Position numbers and translations under genes: made by a program
In this document: positions 35,108 to 45,983 of the stretch, piece by piece
Numbering within the stretch: position 1 is the stretch's first letter
Layout of the letters: every line of letters begins with the position of its first letter
Notes under the pieces: model-generated
Databases searched by the model: none
Told to the model about the DNA's origin: nothing
What the model saw: the letters and a program-made list of their open reading frames with translations, nothing else
From: Patescibacteria group bacterium
GTDB lineage: Bacteria; Patescibacteriota; Patescibacteriia; JACRDY01
NCBI GenBank assembly: GCA_041653535.1
Contig: JBAZFH010000002.1
Location: 7,209 to 71,208 of the forward strand
DNA: 64,000 nucleotides
Reading direction: 5' to 3'

Positions 35108-36544
35108 CTATTTTACTGTCACTTTTACCCATTTATAACCAATATGATACTTAACTTTCAGCCAAGTTGTTCCCAAAGATTTTCCCGTCAAATTTCCTTT
35201 AAAATCTATTTGAGCTGTTTCAGTGTTCAAAACATCCCACTCTGGCAAAACCTGAACTGTATTATAATTCTGATCGGTGTGTTTAATTTCTAAACTTTTA
35301 CTTTGTCCAATATTTAAATTTATTTCATCCACCTCTTTCCCTTTATCCAAAACTTGTATCCTTGTCAGATTAATCGGATCGACTACTGTTACAACACTTT
35401 TAAATGTCTGCCCGTTGTATTTGGCAGTGATTATAGCCGTCCCCAGCCCCATCGCCGTAACCAGTCCGTTACTGGAAACATACGCAACATTGGTATCGCT
35501 GGAAGAAAAAATCGGATTTACTACTGCACCTTTAAAATAAACAACTATTTTTTTAATACCGCAAGAGTAGGTTAACGGTTCATTTTTCGCTAACATCAGT
35601 TTAGCTGGATAAATAAAAGAATTGCCGCCGGTTATGGCTGTGATTGTTTTATTAATAAACAGCTTGCCGATCTGGTTATGAAAAACAATATTTCTGACAT
35701 CGTTGTTTGCGCCGACGATATCTTTAGTGTGAGCATGGGCATAGCAAATATTGCCGTGCAAAAACCACAAAAAACCTTTTATCTGACCATGAGCAAAAGC
35801 TGTTTGGACATAATAATTTTGAGAACTTGTCAGTGGCTGTGGAACATTGATATTCCTTATATTTTGATATTCCTCATCAGAATAGCCGTTTAGTTGACCG
35901 TGACTTTGGGCTACTAAAAATATATCTTTGCCGGTATTTAAAGCCCACTCAACTCTTGGGTTAACATACCAATTGTAACATTTAGAAAAATTAACCGGCA
36001 ACAAATGATTATATGTCGGACATCTTTCAAAAGTAAATGGTGGTACCGGATAAGCCGGATAAAAATAAGGATCTATCCCGACGTAATCGATATTGGAAGG
36101 GACCTCAGCATCAAGCCCTTGAGATAAACTGTAAGTAATTAACGATTTAGAATAAGGAAAATAAATCTTGGCAGTTTCAATCATTTCACTTAGTTGTTGG
36201 CTGGTAATTCCTTGCAAATCCGGCTCGTCATAAATATAAACTATGGCAACTTGTTTTTTTAATTGTTCGCTGTATCTTTCTGAAATTTTTTGCAGTTCAT
36301 TGTCAATATTGTCTCCGGAAAAAACAAAAGACAAATTAATAATCACCGACATTTTTTCTCCTGCTGCTCTCTTTACTGCTAAAATATCCGTGGGCACGTC
36401 TATCATATAGGTATTAGTGTACCCTTTTACTTGCTCCAGACTGTGATCGGAAAAATTTTCACCGCTAAAATACCCATAATAGTCCACGGCGCTTGCCGGA
36501 AGGGCAAAGAACAAAAATAATATAATAACTAATGCTTTTTTCAT
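35108..36544 (-). CDS. secreted protein: glycoside-hydrolase-like N-terminal domain plus two bacterial Ig-like (Big_2) domains
   Basis: Signal peptide MKKALVIILFLFFALPASA; C-terminal AYVSSNGLVTAMGLGTAIITAKYNGQT Big_2-like repeats. Confidence 0.75.
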   Translation of the reverse strand: MKKALVIILFLFFALPASAVDYYGYFSGENFSDHSLEQVKGYTNTYMIDVPTDILAVKRAAGEKMSVIINLSFVFSGDNIDNELQKISERYSEQLKKQVAIVYIYDEPDLQGITSQQLSEMIETAKIYFPYSKSLITYSLSQGLDAEVPSNIDYVGIDPYFYPAYPVPPFTFERCPTYNHLLPVNFSKCYNWYVNPRVEWALNTGKDIFLVAQSHGQLNGYSDEEYQNIRNINVPQPLTSSQNYYVQTAFAHGQIKGFLWFLHGNICYAHAHTKDIVGANNDVRNIVFHNQIGKLFINKTITAITGGNSFIYPAKLMLAKNEPLTYSCGIKKIVVYFKGAVVNPIFSSSDTNVAYVSSNGLVTAMGLGTAIITAKYNGQTFKSVVTVVDPINLTRIQVLDKGKEVDEINLNIGQSKSLEIKHTDQNYNTVQVLPEWDVLNTETAQIDFKGNLTGKSLGTTWLKVKYHIGYKWVKVTVK

Positions 36545-36737
36545 TATTATAAATTAAATATAAGCTTCAAATAATTTAACCATATTATTAACTTTTAGTC
36601 AATAATTTTGACGTCTTAAAATCCCGCAACCATGATATTAAAATTATAATCTAGTTATTGCTTAAACTATTTTAAAATCAGATAAAAGTAAAAAATCAAC
36701 TAAAAAACGAGTCTTTAAAACTCGTTTTATCGGAAAA

Positions 36738-36823
36738 TGCCCGGGGCCGGGGTCGAACCGGCATGGAGTTTTATCTCCAAGGGATTTTAAGTCCCTCGTG
36801 TCTGCCAATTTCACCACCCGGGC
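36738..36823 (-). tRNA. tRNA-Leu (anticodon TAA), type II
   Basis: Manual fold: acceptor GCCCGGG, anticodon loop CTTAAAA, long variable arm, T-arm GCCGGTTCGACCCCGGC. Confidence 0.85.
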
Positions 36824-36912
36824 AGACACCAAACTAAGCACTATTCTAACGAAATTATCTAAAAAGTCAACTAAAAGAAAAACCCCGCCATGTGACGGGG
36901 TGTGTTTTTTTG

Positions 36913-37653
36913 CTACAAACGGCAATATGCCGTGACAAACCCCTTACGCCACGGGGTGTCGGCATAAGGAGTGATTAGTCTGGGACCGTAGCCGTCACCA
37001 TTGAAAAAATAATGACCCGGCTCTTCTAAAAGATCGATATGCCCTTGGTTAAATTTATCTGGATAGTGCAACGCCAAGGACACAACTTCGATCGGACGTA
37101 ACGGTCGTAGTTTATGTTCGGCGAGCTCACGGACTTTTTGGCAGCGCAAAGTCGTTGGCTCGGTGTCGATATTGACGTTGAATATCAGATACAGCTCCGA
37201 CTGATCTCCAGCGACCAGTTTATTGATAAGTCCTGAGGCGACCGTACCCGATCTCATCCTAACCTGTACCGCGTCCAAACGGTTGTTCTCAAGCACCAAT
37301 CGCTTGCTTAGGATTTCCACTCCAGGCAAATTTTTTTCTTTAGCATATGCCAATTGCGAACGCAATTGGCTGATTTTTTTCAAAAACACTTCGCGCCGGA
37401 TGTCAAAATGAGCCTTCAACTCCGGCACTAAAATTTTACCTAATTGAACGTCGATCGGTAAAATAACATGCGGAACTACCAAGAGAACTTTTACAGCCAT
37501 ATCATCACCATCACCGGCGTCGATTGCCGTCGTTCTCAGTTTGGAAATTTTTTCCCAAAACTGATTGTTTGAAACTTTGAGATCTTTTGTCAGACCCAAT
37601 TTTATCAAATGTTCAAGCTGCCGCTCCAGAATTTGAAGGTAATATTGTGGCAT
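36913..37653 (-). CDS. hypothetical protein sandwiched between two tRNA genes
   Basis: 246-aa ORF, GC-richer than neighbours; no motif recognised. Confidence 0.6.
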   Translation of the reverse strand: MPQYYLQILERQLEHLIKLGLTKDLKVSNNQFWEKISKLRTTAIDAGDGDDMAVKVLLVVPHVILPIDVQLGKILVPELKAHFDIRREVFLKKISQLRSQLAYAKEKNLPGVEILSKRLVLENNRLDAVQVRMRSGTVASGLINKLVAGDQSELYLIFNVNIDTEPTTLRCQKVRELAEHKLRPLRPIEVVSLALHYPDKFNQGHIDLLEEPGHYFFNGDGYGPRLITPYADTPWRKGFVTAYCRL

Positions 37654-37779
37654 GTTATGCCCTCCTTTTTTTTGTTAAAGATCTGTGAATTATTGATATT
37701 AACCTAACGGCATAAAAAAGTCAATACAACACTATTTTACCCTCTCAAACAAAAAACCCCGACTTTAATCAGGGATTTT

Positions 37780-37855
<76 letters not shown>

Positions 37856-37961
37856 ATATTTTCCTTATACTTATTTTAATTTATTATAACCAATCTTAGC
37901 CTTTTTTCAACTAATAATCTATAATAAATCAGTGAGAATAGAATAGACTTTTTAAAGATTT

Positions 37962-39884
37962 ATGTCAATACTAAAAAATATCTTATTACAAAAACATCGC
38001 CAAATACTGTGGTTCACGATTTTTCTTTATATTATTATCTTTAGTTTTTTTTGTCTTTATAAATACTACCATTTTGGCTACAACTCGCTTGATCTGGCAA
38101 TACTCAACCAAGTATTTTTTAACACCGCCCACGGTGATTTTTTTGCTTCATCAATAAACTACCCATCATATCTTGGTGACCATTTCAAACCGATTATTTT
38201 GTTGCTATTACCCGTTTATTTTGTCTGGCAATCACCGCAAATATTATTAATTATCCAAACCTTTTTTCTGGCTCTTGCCGCTTGGCCATTATATCTGATC
38301 GGTAAAAAACTTTTTACCAACCCGCTGTATTATCTTATTTTACCGACATTGTTTTTACTCAACTCCACCGTTGCCAGCACCAATCTTTTCGAATTTCATC
38401 TTCTACCCATTGCTTATTTTACACTGTTTTTTTCTTTTTATTTTTATTTAGAAAAAAAGTTCTGGCCGTTTTTTATTTTTGCTTGCCTGAGCATGATGAT
38501 CCGCGAAGACGTTTCTTTGTTTATCTTTTGTTTCGGTTTTTTTATTTTGTACGAAAACATAAAAACGAAAGAAAAAAGGCATTGGTATTGGTTTGTCGTT
38601 CCTATAATTTTGAGCGTGCTTTATTTCTTGGTCAGTTTAAAGATTATTTCTTATTTTAACACTGCTGGTGGCTACAAATTTATTACCTATTATTCCTGGC
38701 TAGGAAATAGCTTCACGGAAATTATAAAAAATTTCTTTTCTCATCCTTTGGTTGTAGTAAAACATTTATTTTTAAAACAAAACATTGAAATGGTTTTAGG
38801 CCTGCTTGTTCCTTTTGCTTTTTTCGTACCTCTAGCCAGCCCTCGCTACCTAATACTGACTGTATTAACCTTTGGTCAGTTTGCTTTGAGTAACCTGGGT
38901 GGTGGTGGTATAACAGTACAAACTCATTACGCGACACTATTAAACATTCCGTTGTTTCTCGCCGTAGGATCGTCTTTGAAAAGGATTAACGAAAACCAAA
39001 TTTGGCAAAAACGTTTTTATATAATCACCGGCATTTTGTTTCTCGCTACTCTTTACTCAATGCTTCTGCTCGGACCTAAAATAGTCAGTCAAAATTCGCC
39101 AAAAAACATTGAAACGAAAAAAGAGTTTATCACTAAAGCATGCTCTCAGGTTTCTTTTTCTCAAAACGCAACTATTGTGGCTAGCTATGAAATTTTACCA
39201 ATTTTTTCTTCGCGCTCTAACCTCTATCCTTTAAGCTATGTCTTCCTGGGGAAAAAACAATTTTCTACCGAAAAATATCTTCCGCCCCAAAATATCGATT
39301 TTTTACTTGCTGATATGGCCGAAACCATAACCTACCAATTCCAATTTGGCGACAAAAAATATTATCAAAGCGACTATTATCGAGGTGCTAAAAATTTGAG
39401 GGATTTTATTAATGAACATAAATTAAGTTATTCATGTTCTTTTGACACCACTATTTTGTTCGAAAAAAACACTAATAGTAATAATGGTTTGGGGTTGGTG
39501 GATATCACCCATGCGGAATCACAAAATAAATTCAACTGCCAGGGTTATGATGATAAACAAAATATAGCTTTTATATGTCAGACACAGTTTTCTCAACGAC
39601 AAACAACCAACCACCAACTACAAATCCAGATTAAAAAAGACGAGAAAGAAATATACACCAAAATACTACCCTTCGCATATGGGTTTTACCAAACCACCGA
39701 GTTAGAAACGACTGATCTATTAACGATCAAATATCTTTTGACCATACCTCCGGACGTTGCTCAACAAAAAAACCAAATTTGTATAAATTTGGTTTATCTG
39801 GATGGCGACTATGTGTTAAATCAACAAAGGAGCGGAGAATTAATTGTTAAAAATATAAAAACAATCGACTCTAGCTGCTGGTAA
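37962..39884 (+). CDS. large polytopic membrane protein with C-terminal soluble domain (envelope glycan assembly, DUF2079/GT-C-like)
   Basis: ~12 TM helices in first 400 aa, then 240-aa hydrophilic domain. Confidence 0.7.
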   Translation: MSILKNILLQKHRQILWFTIFLYIIIFSFFCLYKYYHFGYNSLDLAILNQVFFNTAHGDFFASSINYPSYLGDHFKPIILLLLPVYFVWQSPQILLIIQTFFLALAAWPLYLIGKKLFTNPLYYLILPTLFLLNSTVASTNLFEFHLLPIAYFTLFFSFYFYLEKKFWPFFIFACLSMMIREDVSLFIFCFGFFILYENIKTKEKRHWYWFVVPIILSVLYFLVSLKIISYFNTAGGYKFITYYSWLGNSFTEIIKNFFSHPLVVVKHLFLKQNIEMVLGLLVPFAFFVPLASPRYLILTVLTFGQFALSNLGGGGITVQTHYATLLNIPLFLAVGSSLKRINENQIWQKRFYIITGILFLATLYSMLLLGPKIVSQNSPKNIETKKEFITKACSQVSFSQNATIVASYEILPIFSSRSNLYPLSYVFLGKKQFSTEKYLPPQNIDFLLADMAETITYQFQFGDKKYYQSDYYRGAKNLRDFINEHKLSYSCSFDTTILFEKNTNSNNGLGLVDITHAESQNKFNCQGYDDKQNIAFICQTQFSQRQTTNHQLQIQIKKDEKEIYTKILPFAYGFYQTTELETTDLLTIKYLLTIPPDVAQQKNQICINLVYLDGDYVLNQQRSGELIVKNIKTIDSSCW

Positions 39885-41499
39885 AAAGCTGCTTCACTTG
39901 ATAAATTTTCACATCTTGATTGCTGTATACTTCTTCCAAATAATCTTTTTGTCCTGGTTCAAAATAGCCGTTCCATTTTTCAAAATCTGAGTACCATATA
40001 TAATCAATGCTATTTTTATTGAGCCAATTTTTCTTTTCCGCGTCTTGGTCGTTAGTTTTAAAAAACCAACTTTTCAAAAAATATCGACGTTGATAAAAAT
40101 CTATCGTCTGATGACCATGCCCGGCATAAACGGTGCGACCAGAAAAAGCCGGGATTAGATTTCCTATCTGCACATCCGCCGCTACCACGTCGTTTGGTTT
40201 AACATTATTTTTAATCCAGGAAAAACCATCATAATAAGTATTAGGTATAAGATAAGGAAAATCCGGATCGATCAAAATGTCTATTTCTTGTTTGATTATT
40301 ACAAAATTAGTTACAAAGAAACAAATTATCAAAAAAGAAACAAAAACGGTTGAATTAATCCATGTAGCATATTTACGAAATATCGGCGCAAGATAAAATA
40401 TCCCCACTGACGCCAAAATCACCAAAGCTACATGCCAACCATTGCTAAATCGTCGTTGAACATTTAATGGTAAATAAACTAATACCAAAGATGTTATCGC
40501 CCAAATTATAATAAAATAAAACTTTTCTTTTTTTTGTTTTATTACCACCCAGACTCCAATTAATGCAAGAATAAAAACCAAACCATAACCCCAAAGATAA
40601 CTTAAAAAAGGCGGCGAAACGGTCAAGTTTTGGTCAGCCCAGCCGCCAATAGCTATTTGCGTCTTAGTTATATAATAGTAGTAAACAGCCGCCCAGACAG
40701 AAATAAAAACGATCCAAAGATAGGTCGCTATGCCGTGCCAATCAATCCTTTTTTGCCGCCAAGTACAAAAAACCAAATAAACACCCAGCACGGCACAAAT
40801 CGTCACGATATCGTAAGGATGAATAATCGCCAATACAGCCACCAGAAAACCTACTAAAAGAAATCTTTTTTCGTTAAACTTTTTAGTAAAAAAATAAAAT
40901 ATTGCCAAAATCAACGTTTGCGAAAAAATGAATAATGCTGAGTGTAACAAGGTTAAAAAAGTATTACTTTCCGAAATCCAAACATCTGTCGGCAAAAGCA
41001 AAAATACGTCTTGAGCGGAAAAAACCGGTCGTGAAGAAGAAATAATACCGCCAAAACCAGAAGCAAAGATTGTTAACAAAAAAACAATCAAACGTTTTTT
41101 TGTCGTAGTAAAAAAATAACTAATAAAAAAATACAAACATAACAAAAAAACCACGGCGGCGACACTACGTAAAAAAATAAAAACAAAAGCGTTTGACCAA
41201 CCGGTAGCAGTGCCAATCCAGCCGCCGATCAGCCACAACGGTGAAAACAAAACCGCTTTTTGCGCTTCAGGAGTATACAGGTTTTTAAATAAAATTTTCC
41301 CTTGCCTGCCCTGTTCGATTAACGAAAAGTAAACGGCATCGTCTGATTTATTTATAAAATCGGGGGTAAAAAAATGATATTGTCCTCCAGCGCGCCAATA
41401 ACCAAAAATCACTGGCAGCAGCGTCAGCCAAATGACCGCAACGATTATTACAAAAACTATTAACTTTTCGTAACGATCGACCCAGGCGTTCCAATCCAT
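39871..41499 (-). CDS. polytopic membrane protein, putative GT-C-fold glycosyltransferase (ArnT/PMT-like)
   Basis: 542 aa, >10 TM, acidic first periplasmic loop, C-terminal periplasmic domain. Confidence 0.65.
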   Translation of the reverse strand: MDWNAWVDRYEKLIVFVIIVAVIWLTLLPVIFGYWRAGGQYHFFTPDFINKSDDAVYFSLIEQGRQGKILFKNLYTPEAQKAVLFSPLWLIGGWIGTATGWSNAFVFIFLRSVAAVVFLLCLYFFISYFFTTTKKRLIVFLLTIFASGFGGIISSSRPVFSAQDVFLLLPTDVWISESNTFLTLLHSALFIFSQTLILAIFYFFTKKFNEKRFLLVGFLVAVLAIIHPYDIVTICAVLGVYLVFCTWRQKRIDWHGIATYLWIVFISVWAAVYYYYITKTQIAIGGWADQNLTVSPPFLSYLWGYGLVFILALIGVWVVIKQKKEKFYFIIIWAITSLVLVYLPLNVQRRFSNGWHVALVILASVGIFYLAPIFRKYATWINSTVFVSFLIICFFVTNFVIIKQEIDILIDPDFPYLIPNTYYDGFSWIKNNVKPNDVVAADVQIGNLIPAFSGRTVYAGHGHQTIDFYQRRYFLKSWFFKTNDQDAEKKNWLNKNSIDYIWYSDFEKWNGYFEPGQKDYLEEVYSNQDVKIYQVKQLFTSS

Positions 41500-41505
41500 A
41501 ATATT

Positions 41506-43116
41506 TTAATTAATAATTTTAAAAATTTTACTTTCCTTGTCGCTAAAAACAAGCCAAAAATCTCCAGACTTTTCCAGGCTTGATATTAAACTCTCCCGAC
41601 CAGCTGTATCGATAAAAAAATAGTTCGCTCCAAAATTATTTTTTATTTTCTCCGCGATGCCGTCGGTTGTTTTTGCCATAGTAATATTTTCAAATTCTTT
41701 GTATAACGCCGGATCTTTTTTATATAGAAACGTCGGGTCTAACCCGGCAATATAATAATTCCAATTATTATGGTAAAAAAGAACCGGAAACTCATCCCAA
41801 TCACTATGAAACACCGTGCTGCCAGCCGATGTGTTTTGTTTTAACCAAGTACTGGCGGCAGTAAATTTATTAAAACTATGACCTGTATGATGATATAGCT
41901 GCCAATTTATCACCCAACCCCGGCTAGCCAATATAACTATCGCTATAAACCAAAAAACGCCCAAACAAGTAGCTACCACCACGTGTCTATTATAAAAAAC
42001 CTTGGCTCTGGCAAAATACTCGCCGGGTGGTGTTTTTTTTATATAACTACCGACGACCATTGCCGCAAAAACCACAGCCATGGGGATATAATACTCAACA
42101 TATCTCTGCGACTTGAGAGTAATAGCAAAAAAGAAAATGCTTAATACCAGCGCTACCCAGGTTACTCGGCTTTGTCTTTTATAATTGATAACCAGCAGTA
42201 AAAAACAAAGAATCAAAGCCGCGGAAAGTAACGGCGTTTCCAAAAAAAGATTACGCAGATCATAAGGATGCCACTCGGCTCCGACACGAACTACTTTTTG
42301 AAAATTAATAACTCCGATCTGGACAAACTGCTGCCAATAAAATTTTATATTATTGGGAAAATATGGATTAATCACCACACCAGCCGCTAAACCGGTCAAA
42401 CACGAAACCATCAGTTTCCAGCGTTTTTTATCAAAAACCGCATTAAAAAAATTTTTTGCCAGTTGTTTTTTTCTCTCTTTTACTGCGTGAAAAAAATCAG
42501 CTAAAGCACTGACTAAAATCGACGATCCTAAAACCACCAACAAAACCGGCCAGCCGCCATAAAGATAAACATACATAAATGAAAATAAAAAAAGCCAATG
42601 GTAACGCTGATGAATAATTAGATGCCAACCAATAAATAAAAAAAGTAGTGACACTGCCGGAGCCTTCGCTAAGTTAATTCTAAAAACTAAAGGGCTGCTT
42701 GCCAGCATCAATAAAATAAAAATAAAATTTACTCCCACTCCGGCAGATGGATTGTTTTTTTGTAAAAACCAATAAAAAATCGCCACAAATAATGCCGCGA
42801 AAAAAACCGTTGCCGCTTTTATGCCAACCAATGGATTAAAAAATATTAAAAACGGAATAACCAATATGTGATATAGAAAATGCTGATCAATATAATAATC
42901 ATTTAATACGGTTAACGGCAACCAAGGAAAGGCTGTCACCACTCCTTGATTCTTAATCAGCTCAACAATTTTGGCATGGTAAAAGGAATCAGGATCTAAA
43001 AAACTCTTTTCCCAATTTAGAGCCCCAAAAACCACTAAACAAACAAAAAAAACCATTAAACACCACCAAAATATTTTCTTACTTTTTGTTAGATCTTTCC
43101 AAGAAGTATTTTGCAT
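41506..43116 (-). CDS. polytopic membrane protein, putative GT-C-fold glycosyltransferase (ArnT/PMT-like)
   Basis: 536 aa; DPDSFYHAKIV loop after TM1 reminiscent of GT-C DxD/E loop. Confidence 0.65.
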   Translation of the reverse strand: MQNTSWKDLTKSKKIFWWCLMVFFVCLVVFGALNWEKSFLDPDSFYHAKIVELIKNQGVVTAFPWLPLTVLNDYYIDQHFLYHILVIPFLIFFNPLVGIKAATVFFAALFVAIFYWFLQKNNPSAGVGVNFIFILLMLASSPLVFRINLAKAPAVSLLFLFIGWHLIIHQRYHWLFLFSFMYVYLYGGWPVLLVVLGSSILVSALADFFHAVKERKKQLAKNFFNAVFDKKRWKLMVSCLTGLAAGVVINPYFPNNIKFYWQQFVQIGVINFQKVVRVGAEWHPYDLRNLFLETPLLSAALILCFLLLVINYKRQSRVTWVALVLSIFFFAITLKSQRYVEYYIPMAVVFAAMVVGSYIKKTPPGEYFARAKVFYNRHVVVATCLGVFWFIAIVILASRGWVINWQLYHHTGHSFNKFTAASTWLKQNTSAGSTVFHSDWDEFPVLFYHNNWNYYIAGLDPTFLYKKDPALYKEFENITMAKTTDGIAEKIKNNFGANYFFIDTAGRESLISSLEKSGDFWLVFSDKESKIFKIIN

Positions 43117-43226
43117 GGCTATATTATAGCAAATTTCCGCTAAATAAAAACATTTTGGTTAAAAAAATTCCTCCCAAGCATGGGTGGAGGAATTTTTTAC
43201 AACTAGACCCACTAACGTAATATTCG

Positions 43227-44297
43227 TTATTTTTCTAATTGCTCTTTGAAATAATCAACCCAAGGGACCGGACTCGGATCAATGCCGTTCAACACCGCCA
43301 GATAAAAACTAACGTAACTACCAAAAATCAAAAGTTCAAATGCTTGCTCAAATTTTGTTTTCGATTGTAACTGATGTTCTATAAAATCTATACTATTACT
43401 CTCCACCACGTCTTTACTTACTTCTATTCTTTTCTGATTACGTGGGTGATAAAGTTTTGACTGAATAAATAAAAATCTCAAACTCTTTTTATATTTTTTC
43501 GGCTGAGACAATCCTTCCATTAAATGATGATTCATTTCCGATATCGGAAAATAACAGGCAAAGGTTTTAGCGTTTTCATTTAGTTGATTGGAAAAAACAT
43601 GCACGCTGCCCGTCAAAAAATCGGCAGCTACCAAAACCGGAACTCTTTCGTGTAATTTGAGAGCTATCTGCTTAGCCGGATTTTTACCAGTCGAAATGTT
43701 GGGCGCAAATTTTTTATTCAATTTTTTCAAAACATTAACTACTTGCTCGACATCTTTATCCTTTATGTCAATTATTCCGCAACGGCTTAAAAGCGCCAAC
43801 TGTCCAAAAACGGAATAGCCAATACCCATTCTGGGTTGACCACAGAGATTATGGTCTTCCTTTATTAAATACCCTGGAGTTTTCCCATTGAGCACCAACT
43901 TGCCTATTTTGCCACCTTTAGTAATAGCGATTATTTTAGCATTCTTTACTTTTGCCGGCGCGATAGTATCTATAGTCTCTTCCGTATTTCCCGAATAACT
44001 GGAAACTAAAAATAAAGTATCTTTATCGACGCAGGCAGGAATAGTATAACTGTTAATTACCTGCATCGGCAGTTTTATTCTGTCCCAAAATAAAAACTGG
44101 ATGACATGCCCACCCAGCCCGGATCCACCCATACCACTGACAACGATTTTTTTTACATTATGATAAGAGGCAGGGATTTTCACTTTTTTCGCTTCATACC
44201 AAGCCTGCCTACACTGTAATGGAAGCTCTTTAATCGAATCCAACATTTTTGATTGGTCAATTTTTTTTATTTTTATTTGATTGTCCAAAACAGACAT
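43227..44297 (-). CDS. SIS-domain bifunctional phosphoglucose/phosphomannose isomerase-like protein
   Basis: Two SIS-like halves (VVSGMGGSGLGG; LVSSYSGNTEET). Confidence 0.65.
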   Translation of the reverse strand: MSVLDNQIKIKKIDQSKMLDSIKELPLQCRQAWYEAKKVKIPASYHNVKKIVVSGMGGSGLGGHVIQFLFWDRIKLPMQVINSYTIPACVDKDTLFLVSSYSGNTEETIDTIAPAKVKNAKIIAITKGGKIGKLVLNGKTPGYLIKEDHNLCGQPRMGIGYSVFGQLALLSRCGIIDIKDKDVEQVVNVLKKLNKKFAPNISTGKNPAKQIALKLHERVPVLVAADFLTGSVHVFSNQLNENAKTFACYFPISEMNHHLMEGLSQPKKYKKSLRFLFIQSKLYHPRNQKRIEVSKDVVESNSIDFIEHQLQSKTKFEQAFELLIFGSYVSFYLAVLNGIDPSPVPWVDYFKEQLEK

Positions 44298-44514
44298 ATC
44301 TTGTTAATTTATCTGACCCACTTTTTTACTTCCTCCAGTTTAAGTGATAATTATTTTTTTGGCAAGACCGAAAACGGCTATAACAAAACAAAAAGAATTC
44401 CTGTTGATTAATCATTTAAAGACAAGCCGCATAAAAACATTGATTTCCCTGCTAAACATTGCTAAAATAGCATTATAAACAAACCCTCTAACAACTAGAT
44501 AATTCCTATTAAAT

Positions 44515-45240
44515 ATGTCTGGACACTCTAAGTGGGCAACCACCAAAAGACAAAAATTTGCTACTGATGCCAAAAGATCAAACCTTTTTACCCGGCTGGC
44601 AAAAAACATCGCTTTAGCGGCAAAAGAGGGCGGTGGCGATCCAGAGATGAACTTTAAACTCCGTATTGCCATCGACAAGGCTAAAGAAGGCAATATGCCA
44701 AAAGACAATATCGAAAAAGCAGTAAAGCGTGGCACTGGCGAAGGCGGTGGAGCGGCATATGAAGAAATTTTTTACGAAGGCTTTGGTCCGGCTGGCAGCG
44801 CTTTTATTATTCAAGTGGTTACGGATAATAAAAATCGAGCAGCCTCTGAAATAAAACATATTTTTTCAACCAACGGCGGATCGCTGGGCAGCAGCAATAG
44901 CGTTTCCTGGATGTTTGATAAGGTAGGTGGAATTAAAGCGACTGCCGCCGATAGCCGTCCTAAAGAAGACGTCGAACTTAATGCTATTGATGCCGGCGCA
45001 ATAGATTTTGAATGGTTAGATGAAAAAACTATTTGGATATATACTGAGCCAAGCGGCCTACAAAAAGTAAAAACTGCTCTGGAAATAAGCGGTCTAGTTG
45101 TTTCCGACAGTGAGCTTGGCTATAAACCGAAAGAAAGCCTACTAGTAGAAGACGATATTCGTCCAGCCATGGAAAGAATGTATGACGCGCTGGACGAGGC
45201 AGAAGATGTCCAAAATTTTTGGAGCAACATGGCCGTTTAG
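44515..45240 (+). CDS. yebC: YebC/PmpR-family transcriptional regulator
   Basis: MSGHSKWATTKRQK... canonical N-terminus. Confidence 0.95.
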   Translation: MSGHSKWATTKRQKFATDAKRSNLFTRLAKNIALAAKEGGGDPEMNFKLRIAIDKAKEGNMPKDNIEKAVKRGTGEGGGAAYEEIFYEGFGPAGSAFIIQVVTDNKNRAASEIKHIFSTNGGSLGSSNSVSWMFDKVGGIKATAADSRPKEDVELNAIDAGAIDFEWLDEKTIWIYTEPSGLQKVKTALEISGLVVSDSELGYKPKESLLVEDDIRPAMERMYDALDEAEDVQNFWSNMAV

Positions 45241-45247
45241 TTGGTAG

Positions 45248-45270
45248 AGGGTAGTGAGTAGCGGGTAAAG
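45248..45270. repeat. left arm of imperfect inverted repeat (GGTAGTGAGTAGCGGGTAAAG) flanking four-helix-bundle cassette 1
   Basis: Partner arm at 45706..45738 (CTCACTACTCACTACCCGCTAC). Confidence 0.55.
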
Positions 45271-45281
45271 AGGGACGGTTA

Positions 45282-45653
45282 TTATGACCGTTCTTTTAGT
45301 TTTCTCAGAGAGCCATTTATTAATTTCTTGGCTACAACTGTTTGCTCGGCAACCTCCAAAAACCTCTCTTCGCTAATATAACCCAGGTCTCGAGAAGCCA
45401 ATAACTAACTTTGAATTTCAACCAGCGATCCTAAAGCGATAGAATAGAAATGGATTTTTTCCAACTTAGTCCTTCTACAAAAACCTTCGGCTATGTTTGA
45501 AGGGACGGAAACGGCCGCTCGACGCAGTTGGTCAACCAAGGAATATCTTTCTTCCCTAGGAAAATTACCAGTTGCCTTATAAATCAATAAAAGTAGTTTG
45601 TGAGCCTCCTGCCAAGTAGTCAGCTGATAAAACGACTGTATTTTTTTATTCAT
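45282..45653 (-). pseudogene. four-helix-bundle protein gene (TIGR02436 / 23S-rRNA-IVS-type) interrupted by in-frame TAG at 45405..45407
   Basis: 82-aa ORF MNKKIQSFYQLTTWQEAHKL...GSLVEIQS stops at TAG; same frame continues LLASRDLGYISEERFLEVAEQTVVAKKLINGSLRKLKERS* to give the expected ~123 aa. Confidence 0.6.
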
Positions 45654-45705
45654 AATATCGTTATTTTACAAAAGCAATCATTAAATCTTTCTAAACTTTC
45701 TTTAT

Positions 45706-45738
45706 ACTCACCACTCACTACTCACTACCCGCTACTAA
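45706..45738. repeat. right arm of inverted repeat flanking cassette 1
   Basis: ACTCACCACTCACTACTCACTACCCGCTACTAAAAA. Confidence 0.55.
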
Positions 45739-45983
45739 AAACCCCTTGCCGAATATAACTACTGATTTATTTTTAGATTTAAAAAATGACCCAATTAAAC
45801 TAGGGTTATTTTTATTAAATTGACGAAAATTAGTCTTTAAGCTAAGTTATAATGATATTTTTGAGTTAAATGGCTTGGTTGCTTAAGCCAAAAACAATCA
45901 AACCATTTACCTCAATGTTGAGGTAATCGCTAAGCCTGAAGGCGGATAATTTGGGCTGGTACTTTTTTCGAAGGAGGTTTGTC

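Noticed and set aside
36662-36925. 87-aa ORF overlapping tRNA-Leu
   Set aside because: It is a translation of the tRNA sequence (PCRFDPGPGHFP).
44412-44859. Minus-strand ORFs inside yebC
   Set aside because: Antisense to a strongly supported conserved gene.
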